Below, in pieces: positions 10,649 through 20,429 of a stretch of DNA of 37,266 bases (positions within the stretch are counted from its first letter, which is position 1; the number at the start of each line of letters is the position of its first letter). The notes under the pieces are model-generated. The model ran no database searches. It was not told where the DNA came from and saw only the letters and a program-made list of their open reading frames with translations. Made by a program: the position numbers and the translations under genes. The stretch comes from Spizellomyces punctatus DAOM BR117 (taxonomy: Eukaryota): the NCBI GenBank assembly GCA_000182565.2, contig KQ257456.1; one strand, 5' to 3'.

Positions 10649-10791
10649 TAGCAGAGGGGGCGCCTGTATAGCAGAGGGGGCCTGTATAGCGGAGGGGGAG
10701 CCTGTATAGCAGAGGGGGCGCCTGTATAGCAGAGGGGGCGCCTGTATAGCAGAGGGGGCGCCTGTATAGCAGAGGGGGCGCCTGTATAGCA
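10649..10791 (+). repeat. Tandem array of 7 x 20 bp (TAGCAGAGGGGGCGCCTGTA) overlapping the tRNA 5' end
   Basis: CCTGTATAGC at 10663, 10681, 10701, 10721, 10741, 10761 and 10781; the last is the start of the tRNA. Confidence 0.95.
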
Positions 10792-10852
10792 AAGTGGTTA
10801 ATGCGTCAGTCTTGTAAACTGAAGGTCCCAGGTTCGAATCCTGGTGCGGGCA
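10780..10852 (+). tRNA. tRNA-Thr(UGU)
   Basis: Acceptor GCCTGTA/TGCGGGC (two G:U pairs), D arm GCA..TGC with AGTGG, anticodon arm TCAGT-CTTGTAA-ACTGA, T arm CCAGG-TTCGAAT-CCTGG. A T7 run at 10873-10879 is a likely Pol III terminator. Confidence 0.92.
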
Positions 10853-11256
10853 CTACGTTATTGACATGGAGATTTTTTTGTTTTGCCCGTTGCACAAGTC
10901 TGCAGCACATAGAGCGGCACACCATTCTCCATCACTCACTCTTCGTCCATCGCGAATCTGTTGCAAAATGTCCGACGATAGTTGAAGAGCCCACCGCACT
11001 GTGGTTCGCTCAAGGTCGCAGCTGTCAATTTTATCTGGAGGCAGAGCGGGTGAGCGAGGAGAATAGGATGGCGTGTAGTAATTGGAATCTGTCGAGACAG
11101 AATCCATTACTATTGGCGGCGAGTCACACATGGGGGAGCAGCTGTAAACCAAGGGTAAAAATAATGGAAATGATGCAAACGCCAGCACGAACGATTGGTT
11201 GAATTTCTTCACTTTGACATTCAGAGCACTGGGCAGAAAGCACATTGCGCATTGCC

Positions 11257-11623
11257 GCAATTCTCTCATGTCCTGGTTTCCTACTTGTACGCTGGAAACA
11301 TTCCTCATTCGTGGCATCTCCTGTCTCACTTCCACCAAGCTTAGATCCATACAAATAAACGATTCACGAATCGACAGACAGATATATTCAACCAAGGCCC
11401 CAACGTATGCCTAGAAGTATACAAAAAGTAAAGCACTACGTACACACAAAATCGGCAACCGGAAGGAAAAAAAAACAATGTCCCGAAAAATACAGGGTCA
11501 TATGTAACATCCTACGCAAATGGGAATAGGAAAGCAAGGTCGGGGTCAAGTCTTGTCGTTGTCGGCTTTCGTATCTGGGTATTCTGGGGCCTGTCCCAAG
11601 AGAAATTACACCAATAGATACAG
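11257..11623. repeat. Dispersed repeat R3, copy 2
   Basis: Colinear with 34869-35229 through ATCTGGGTATTCTGGGGCCTGTCCCAAG..CCAATAGATACAG. Confidence 0.9.
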
Positions 11624-11636
11624 GTAATTTTTTTAA

Positions 11637-12025
11637 CCCTTCCCAATCGTCATGGTTTGAATGCACCGTCTTTTACACTCCAGCGTGCAAACAACCGCGA
11701 ACAAGCCTTATCATAAATACGATGATCTCCGCAACAGGAAATCACACATTGTAATGCTCGCCATGTCACACATTTAACAATATTGGTCCAACGGTGTGCT
11801 CTTGGGTTGAATGGGACTGTTCCTCTCGCAAGTCGGCGTGTTTAACTGTGCAACTGCTGCACGATGCCTCATTGTTTCAAAGGAATACCACGAAATGGCC
11901 TTCTTGGCCTTTCTTTGTTGCATTATCTCAATTTGCCAATACTATTGGCCGCGATTTCAACAACTCCGTGAATATGCGCTGGAGTGTAAAAGACCGGGCA
12001 TTTAAACCAGGAGGATTGGGATGGG
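11637..12025. mobile_element. MITE with 49-bp TIRs, piggyBac-like
   Basis: TIRs 11637-11685 and 11977-12025 match at 43/49, with CCC..GGG termini. TTAA lies immediately left (11633-11636), but the right flank is TCGC, so the TSD is not intact. Confidence 0.7.
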
Positions 12026-12027
12026 TC

Positions 12028-12084
12028 GCAACGCAAAAAAATTTCCATCTATATCGCACCAGGAGTTGAACCTGGGACCTTCAG
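12028..12084 (-). pseudogene. Truncated 3' half of tRNA-Thr plus 3' trailer, inverted
   Basis: The minus strand reads CTGAAGGTCCCAGGTTCAACTCCTGGTGCG..ATGGAAATTTTTTTGCGTTGC, versus 10819-10886 CTGAAGGTCCCAGGTTCGAATCCTGGTGCG..ATGGAGATTTTTTTGTTTTGC. Confidence 0.85.
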
Positions 12085-12437
12085 CCCGGATAAAGATAAC
12101 TACTACCAGCCCTAATACATGTGCGATAAACCATGCTCGTTGTTTTTGTCAGTATGTTAGCTAGTGAGGGTATATTCCTATAGGGAATGTATTAATGATA
12201 GAGAATAGGGTTAGGGTTAGGAGGACAGAGTTTTTGGTACTAGATGTACAGATGGTGGTGCAGATGACGAGCAGCCTGCCTAGTCTATTGGCAATAAAAA
12301 GCGTCACATGCAATACACCAGATTGCAGCAATCGTGACGAAAATCAGCCCGCATAAAGATAACTACTATCAGCCTTAATACATGCGCGATAAACCATGCT
12401 CGTTGTTTTCGTCAGTAGAACAGAGTTTTTGGTACTA
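12081..12437 (+). repeat. Local direct duplication (12081-12242 vs 12344-12437); the first copy carries a 70-bp insert
   Basis: Shared TCAGCCCG.ATAAAGATAACTACTA..GCGATAAACCATGCTCGTTGTTTT.GTCAGTA and ACAGAGTTTTTGGTACTA. Confidence 0.85.
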
Positions 12438-12692
12438 AATCCTTTCTTCTTGTTTGGTTTCTTGAGAGTTGAGGGTACCGAAGAAGAGGTCAGCGGGAAG
12501 AGGGCTGGGAAACGCGTTTCTCGTAGGAGAGCAGCAAGCAAGCAAGCAAAGCAGTGAAAGGGGGGGGGGGGGGGGGCCGGGGGGGGGCGGTTTTTTTTTG
12601 TTTAAACTAAGCGAAATGAAAAATGATTGATGCGAAATGGCCGTTAGTGGACCCGGCTCTTTTGTTTATCTTCCTAATGACAATGTCATAAA

Positions 12693-12950
12693 AAATCTAG
12701 TTAATTGGTTGCAAGGCTCATGGTATATATTGACGTTTGTATTTACCTGCACGCTATGTAGAAACTGAGTGCGTCTATCAATAAATCTAGTTAATTCAAT
12801 TGGCGGCAAGGTATGGTATATATTGACGTTTGTATTTACCTGCACGCTATGTAGAAACTGAGTGCGTCTACCAATAAATCTAGTTAATTGAATTGGTTGC
12901 AAGGGTATGGTATATATTGACGTTTGTACTTGTATTTACCAGCACACTAG
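12693..12950 (+). repeat. Minisatellite, about 2.7 copies of a 90-93 bp unit
   Basis: AAATCTAGTTAATT starts at 12693, 12783 and 12876, each followed by TGGTATATATTGACGTTTGTA. Confidence 0.9.
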
Positions 12951-13061
12951 TGTAGAGGTGACAGAAACTGGCACTAGCTACTACACCAGGGAATAAACCA
13001 GCGACAACTGGTTGCTAAGCTACTACTAGGCAATTATACACGCAATACGTAACGGTTGGTT

Positions 13062-13385
13062 CTAAGCGGATAATTGTCCACCACCACACGCGGTCCCTAC
13101 TAGGCCTTGATCTGGAACTCTTGATGGCATTGAAGCCAGAGTCTTTGCAACATTGGGGAGACTCGCAAGCTGGAGGATGTTCAGTGACAAGGCTTGGAGA
13201 CTAAAATAAATTCCATGTCAGCGACAGAATAACATGAAAAGAGATGATGCCATTGGTACATACCAACCAAGCTCAACTAATGTGGCAGCATAATAACAGC
13301 TTTGTTGGTTCCGAGGCTGCGCTGGTTCCAGTTGGTTGTAATCGGGTGGGCGAGGTCCTCGGCACCACCACATCTGCATTCTCAT
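13062..13385 (-). CDS. Possible small two-exon gene (86 aa), unknown product
   Basis: TATAAAA near 13485 (- strand), ATG at 13385, and a 63-bp intron 13263-13201 with GTATGT/GCTGAC/TTTTAG. The spliced frame is open to TAG at 13062. No recognisable domain. Confidence 0.3.
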
Positions 13386-14112
13386 GATTCGACCGACAGT
13401 CGTGATGAGAAGAGTTGCACAGATGCTTGCGAGTCGAGGATGGGTAAAGAGGAAAGGGGAAAGAGACAGAAGGTCCCCTTTTATAGACCTTTGGCATGCG
13501 CCTCACCGCAGTTTAAAAAAAAAAACATTACATGCATGCCACACCGTTTTGAGCGATAGATGGGGTGCTGATTATTCGATATGATTAACCAGAATAATCC
13601 AGATAATAACGGGTCCTAGTGCCATTTCCATCACCAGCACACTATGTAGGAGGTCATCCTCAATCGGAAATGCTGCTGACTCATATTCAACGTAAGCTTT
13701 CTCACGTAATCAGGTCTAACGAACACTTGTTAAATCGTGAGATTTACGGTTTTCTATCTATTTTCCTCTGCGACTTGGAGGCGCCCTTTGCTGGCTTCTC
13801 TTTCGAAACTAGCCAGACAGCAAGGAGACCCTATCGGTGGAGGTGCTCCATGTTACGTCTTTGGATTTGGTGAGTTGGCGTGTTTGTGTGCATACTCTTT
13901 TTGGATCGATGGATATCAGCGCAGAAAATAAAAGTACGATACTTTTGGCGTCTCAATGACTAAAGGATGATATATCTCATCGAATTGAGACGTAGAATTA
14001 ATCGTCAGTTATATGACCGTTCTCACATTTTGACATTTTATGGGTGCATATTGACCCCTTCAGAGCCATTCTTTCGCGCATCCAGGTTGGCAAAGAACAG
14101 ATTTTCGCCAAC

Positions 14113-17100
14113 ATGTTCATCGACCGAGCTGCGCAGCTTGGGCTACTTCAGCATGACCCCGGTAAGTAAGATCTATTGTTCAAGATACTGGTAATTTACG
14201 CTCATCTATATGAACCTGACAGAATCAAGTATCCTCACTGGATTCCCATTGGGAGTTAAAAAGAAGCTTATCCATGAGGTCACACAATGCCTCCTACCCA
14301 ACTCTCCCCTACTTCCGGATCCATCATCTCTCCTCACCTCTCCAGCGCACGTTCGATGGGCGATGGAAGTCATTGGACAGGGATTTGCTCTGCCGATTGA
14401 GGATGTGGGAATAATACATCAGACTATTGCCGTTTACTCTAATTGGTTGCTGGATCCGAGTACTCTGCCAAGTGCTATCCAGGAGCGGAAGGGCTCGGAT
14501 GTAGAGCAAAAGTTTTGGCAGGTCGGTTATTCGCCCGATTTGCCAACACTTTTGGGAATTGCTAACGTTATGTACTATCCGATAGACAATCTTTCAACAA
14601 TTCTCTCTCCTCTTCCAACCGCGTTCACGTACCGAGATGGCCTACAGCCCCTGGCTCCAAGACCGCTCAAAAAATAAACTTGACCCCGACGACACCGATC
14701 CCCTCACACTACACGTTGATTTGTGCCATGGAGTCCTCAAAATCCTTACATCAGCAGGACGCGAACTTGGCTCAGAGTTCTCCGAGGAGACCTGGATCGT
14801 GCTATTAAAAGTCATGATTGGAATTTCTGACTGTTTGTTGCGAGAGCCGATGGAGAAGGAAAAGAGTGCTGGAGATTCCCTTGCCAAAGGGGACAAGCAT
14901 CAGTCGAATGTATATGAGGGCGAGGATGCGGGACCGAGGATGGCGGATGAGTTGTGTGAGCACTTGATTAGGGTGAGTAAGTGGCCATTTATCCGAGACT
15001 CTACGCAAAAGACCACGTTGTAATAGATATTTGACCTTTTTAAAGGTGCTTGTTGAGCTATGGCTGCGATCCAACCTCAAACCAGTCTACATGTGGGATC
15101 ATCTAAAGGTTTGATTTTGGGGATCAAGGAGTAACATTTCTGGCTGTTACTTATTCGGACAATGGTGCAGAGATACTTTACTCTTTGGACCCATCGCGTG
15201 AAAGTGATCCGCCAATGGAGCGCCACAATATTTGCACTTACCCAAAGAGTCGCAGGGCTTTTGTACGGAACAAAAGAAGGAGCGGAAAATGTTCATATCT
15301 CCATGTAAGCCCATCTCTGCTAAAAGGCGAATGAGGATAGCAAGTTTTTGAGATGTTGATTCGCCGTGCAGCGACTCGTATAGCGTAACACTGGATTTAC
15401 CACCAGATTTTGTTTATTATGCATGGCACCGTATGATATGTAAGGTGAACTGGGATTTGCGAAATATCAACCTGATTGCGGAGAGGTCTTAAATGTCGAC
15501 CTTTTTTTTGTAGATCTGATCGGAAATCCAAATGCCCTGCGTGCGGCGAATTTTGAAGTGGCCATCAAGGTACTGTTGTTAGTTGCTTCTGATGTCGGCT
15601 GCTTTTTTTAACGCTTGTATGGTACAGGGAATCGCGAGAGTGGTACATGTATGGCACTCGATAGGCATCGATGCTGATCCTTTGGTGCGTATCCTACGCT
15701 AATTACTCGGTAAAAATATTGGCTCATGCATAGTATAGGATGGTACTGTTTCGACTATCCCTGACGGAAATACGCTCCTGCACATGTTGGGCGGATGGCT
15801 TTTTGAGGCCGCGCCCAAGATGGGACCCGAGTAAGTTTGCAAGCGGACAGCGATTTTGATATGAGTGCGATGATCTGACATCCCTTAAAGGTATGCAGAA
15901 GGGAAAGCTGAAGCACTGGGAATTCTGTGCCGGATATTCTGCCAACCGCAACGACGACGGAAATTTCTGAGGACGTATCTGGAGCGCTTTTACACTGCCC
16001 TCAAGGATGTATGTCGCAGTTTTGATTTAATCAGTCTCGACAAACTCTTCTTATCTATTGTATACAGGGCCTACGCAGCGACGCCCCATCGCTCACTGCC
16101 ATTATGCTCAATACCGGAGAGCTATTCGTCCGCGACTTGGAAGGCGTTCGTCTTTTAGCCCCAGACTTTGTCATTGCGCTTCGCCGAATCTTGCCAACGC
16201 TGCCCCCAGTCTTTAACGCCAAAGTTGACCCAGAGGACCTACGACGCGCCGCGTATAGAGTCATGGGCTGCATACTGGGCCTTCCAAATCATTTTGACGA
16301 GGTGCCTGTCGGTACTGGATGGGAAATGTATGATCAATATAATAGGCATGCGGGCGGCGCTGAAGAAGTGGTTTTGTCCAAAATGGTACGCCCTTTTTTT
16401 TGCCGCGAAGAATATGCGTGAGCAAAAACGTATCCAGTTGTTCAACCCGTTCTGTTTTGACAGATTAAAGCAATGTACGCAAAGTCGGATGATGCTACTA
16501 CTTCCTCTGGTGACGATATTTCGGAATCAACTTTTAGAACGGTGAGATTTTTGCACATTGTGACAAGGTTTATGCGTGACGGCTAACAGTCACCTTTCAT
16601 TTAATTTACAAGCTGAAATCCCATATTTTGGAAGTCCTTCTCACCTCACTCATTGTCGAACATTCTCCAGTCAATGCTCGTTATGTCCTTCATTTATTGA
16701 ATACATTTGTAGCGGAAGATGCGGCATTTTGTCCAGGACTTCCAGCATTAGCGGTCAAAACAATACAAGAAAAGGTACAAACAATTTCCCGTTTCTTTTC
16801 ACTATGGCTTTTCTGATACATTCGTCCATCATCTCGTTTCAGCTTATCAGTGGCTGGCCACCTGATGTGATGAAAACTGCTTTTCAGGCGCTCAACCACT
16901 TTGCGGCGTTTTATAAATACATTCGCCGGGATAATAAGGTAGCCCTTCACTATGTGCAGGGACCTGTACAGAAACTACGGCTGACATTGTGCTACATTGT
17001 ATGTGTAGAGCTGTCCAAGAGAGCTCGTGCTGACTCTTTGCAGATATATTGATACGAGCCTGCTGGAAGATAACCTCGTGGTAGGTATATCCTTTCTTCT

Positions 17101-20051
17101 TGGCTTATCCACTTTTTTCCTTTAATAAAAGTCAATCAATCCCATTGTTCCTATAGGCAGTTCAATCGCTGATTATCAGCGCGTACGACTGTATGATCCG
17201 CTGGGCAGTTGTCGGACAATGGATAGTGGATGACCGAGATTGCCACAATGCAGTGATTGCAACGCTGTGTCGCGGTATTGGTGTATTGGAGCGAGATGAC
17301 GACTTTGCAGCAGTCAGCAATGGAACTAGCGCCCATGCGATATCGCATTCTCACGGTCTGTCCTCAAGCTCCACAGGAGGAAGCGTCAAAGATGCTGGCA
17401 ACGGTTTGAGCAGTAGCGATAGGGAACGTGTTCCTACAGTCGCAAGTGTGCAATCAATTATCGCTAGTGTGAATGATAAGAAAAAAGCCCAGCGCCATTC
17501 CATGGCTGCGTCAAAACTGATTCCAAAACTGCGATCATCGACTGTTCCCATTTCGACAACACCACCCGTCAGCACGGGAACAAAGGATGGTGGACTTGGT
17601 CTTCCCACCTTTGCGAACTTGACCGCAGAAATGATGATCAAAAGTGCGGCTGAGATGGGTATGGCGCACATGTTGAACCAGTTGGGTAACTTTCCGCCAT
17701 ACGGAGAGGTCACAGGAGTTACGCGTATCAGCAGTATATGGAATGAGGAAGCTGAAGTTCGAAGGATTGTCGGTGTTCGTGACCGTTTAAAGGCAATGAG
17801 GACCACAAAATTGGACGTCGAACAGTTAATACCTGCTCCCCAAATCCAATCACCTGAGGATATCGGCGGCGATGTTGGAATCTCCGACTATAGGCGTTAC
17901 ATTCGGTACTATGCATACGATCGAAGAGTGATCATGGGTATCATTGAGACGCCGCATTGGGCGGTAGAGGACGACCTAACCACGGGGAATGGCCGCCCTC
18001 TATCAGAAAACAGAACTGGCAAGATCTTAACCCCAAGAATGACTTTGGTATTACGGGAGAGTACCGGTAAATACACATGGATGACCTCCCTCAAGTACAC
18101 GGACGAGAGCAAAACAATTTCATCTCCTCATGCTAGTACGGAATCAGCTCTTGTTCTGCGTTCCACTTCCGAAATCACCGTATCTCCACAGCATCATGGG
18201 GTAAATCCCCAACTGGTTTTATCACCCACCACAACTGGACGTCATTTCACACCGGCTCCATACCCGTATACACCTCGCAACGCATCCGTCGTTGAGTTCC
18301 ATTCTATTAACGACTCTAGTATACCGTCATTGGATGATATCATACCACTTGGAAGCGATAGTTCACGCTGTCATGGTGTTGTCAAGGCAATTACGGAAAA
18401 ATGGACAAAGCAAGAACAGGAACGAGCAAAAGAGGTGCTCAAAAGGTGAGAACCAAACGAAAAGCATTTGCTGGGTTCATGGGCATCCAAGTCAAATTAA
18501 CCCTTTAAATTTTTCTCAAAAGTGAATCTTACCGATGTCCGACTGCTGTAACCCCACCACGACCTGTCGATCTCACTGACCCCGACCTAGGGTAAAAAAA
18601 TTCTTTCATTGTTATTTTTGTTTTGTTTTTCAGTACGTTAAAATCCCAATTTCGTGCCGCCCCCCAGTCCGCAATCCTTTCGTTTGTTTTTGGGTCAATT
18701 GGGATTTTTGACGCCGGAAAGTCAATCAAAGTTATGGCCGCTACAAATGTCGGATGCTCTGCTGAAAGATTTGCAAAAGATTGATGGGATGCCCGAGTAA
18801 GGACCGAAAACCCTGTGAACATTGTTTTCTGGAACATTTTCAACCGGTATACTCATTTTCTGGATTCTAGGCGCGATTGCATGAGCATGTGTGTATTATT
18901 TTGTCGGTCTGGGCATGAGTCGCTGGATGATATCCTTGGACACCGAACTGTTAGTCACGACTTTGATGAGTTTGTCCACTGTCTTGGATGGCCGGTATGT
19001 GTTAATTTTCCATCTACGGGCAATGCCACTGTCTCGGTTTTAAACGTTCACTCATATCTTTGAAAAGGTGGACTTGTCCTCTCACACTGGATATAAAGGG
19101 AACTTGGATAAGTCAATATGCGCTACTGCACCCTACTTTGCTAGCCGGCACGCAGAAGTCATTTTCCATTCACCGTACTATATCCGTGATGGCCACGTCT
19201 CTGGGCAGGACTTGGACGGGATATCCGATACCACTCCATCTACCAACTCCCGCGATGTCCAGTCTTCCATGGGAACGTCAGGTCACCGGCCATTCATAGA
19301 TACAACCCGTCGTCCTACAAGTGGTCATTTCCCAAGCGGACATGAAGTAGAGTCCCCGACATTGTCGCAACGACCGTGGCCCAATGAGCCAAACAGGCCA
19401 CGCGCATCCTTTTTTACCGACGTTGCTCACGAGGACCTTATTTACATAGTATGGGTTGAAGACATGCATCGATACACATCTATACCACGGAAGCTGAGTC
19501 GAACAGCGGCGCAACTGTTCATTTTCGTGCATCCGCTACCACATACTCCAGGGATGTACTTTATCCGAGTCGTCTCAAACAGTTTGAGTTTTGAGGACTT
19601 GATGGTAAGTGAGCACTAAAGAGAGGGTTACTCAAAAATCCTTATTAATGGTTTTTTTTCTTATTCCTTTTTGCAAATAGAATATAGGACCGCTATTAGA
19701 TGGCATGGTCATCAGCCGGCATATACTTGGCATGTTGGTACGGACAACGGCAATAAGCGGCCACAAGTATTGTCGAACAATAAAGGGGACGTTCCGAAGA
19801 CCGTGAGTTTGAAGCTGTTGCGATGCCTTCACTGGTGAAATCTACTGCATGCTGATCGTTTCTTCTATCTCATCGTTCGACAGCCCTCTGATACGACGGC
19901 ACCATATTGAAGAAGTCTGTAATAGACATAAAACAAACATGTCCATTGGACGGTATGTGCTCTCAATGGTTCACATTTTGACCATCTCGTTTCTATAAGT
20001 CAATTCTAATCGGACGCCATTCACAGGTTTTATGCTGATTTATTTACATAA
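14113..20051 (+). CDS. RALGAPB: Ral GTPase-activating protein subunit beta-like, about 20 short introns
   Basis: The spliced N-terminus MFIDRAAQLGLLQHDPESSILTGFP..VRWAMEVIGQGFALP..VYSNWL resembles the RalGAP-beta N-terminus. Internal motifs PDGNTLLHMLGGWLFEA, YAEGKAEALGILCRIF and FRLFLGQLGFL, and a C-terminal Rap/Ran-GAP-like domain (FDEFVHCLGWPVDL..H.GY.G.L, EVIFH, IYIVWVE, GPLLDGMVISR). The last exon ends ..FYADLFT*. Confidence 0.88.
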
Positions 20052-20429
20052 TCACTTGGAGGGATGGGTATATTCTTTTGTAGGCTGGAAAACGTCCACT
20101 TTTGTGTAGAACGCTCTTCATTTGTTTATATATCGCACTTGTAAATGTATGGGGGATGAGAAAGATCTATACAGCAAACATCATCGTTCAGGTAGACCAT
20201 TTGTTTAAACCATGATCGTGATTCGAACCAATTCTATTCAGCCACGTAAGCAAAGCTTGAACCCGAATTTCCCACGCTTCAGCTGTCAAAAACCCTTTGC
20301 AGTTCGTTTAAGCTATTTTGTTGCGTGTCAATCGTATATGAAATGGGGGGGAGACGGTACGTTGCCTTGTGGGAGTTGGTTTGCGTTTTGGCAGCTTTGT
20401 CTTTTTGTTTGTCGGAGGATATTGACGTA

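Noticed and set aside
10649..10791. CRISPR-like reading of the 20-bp array
   Set aside because: Units are head-to-tail with no unique spacers, there are no cas genes, and the context is eukaryotic.
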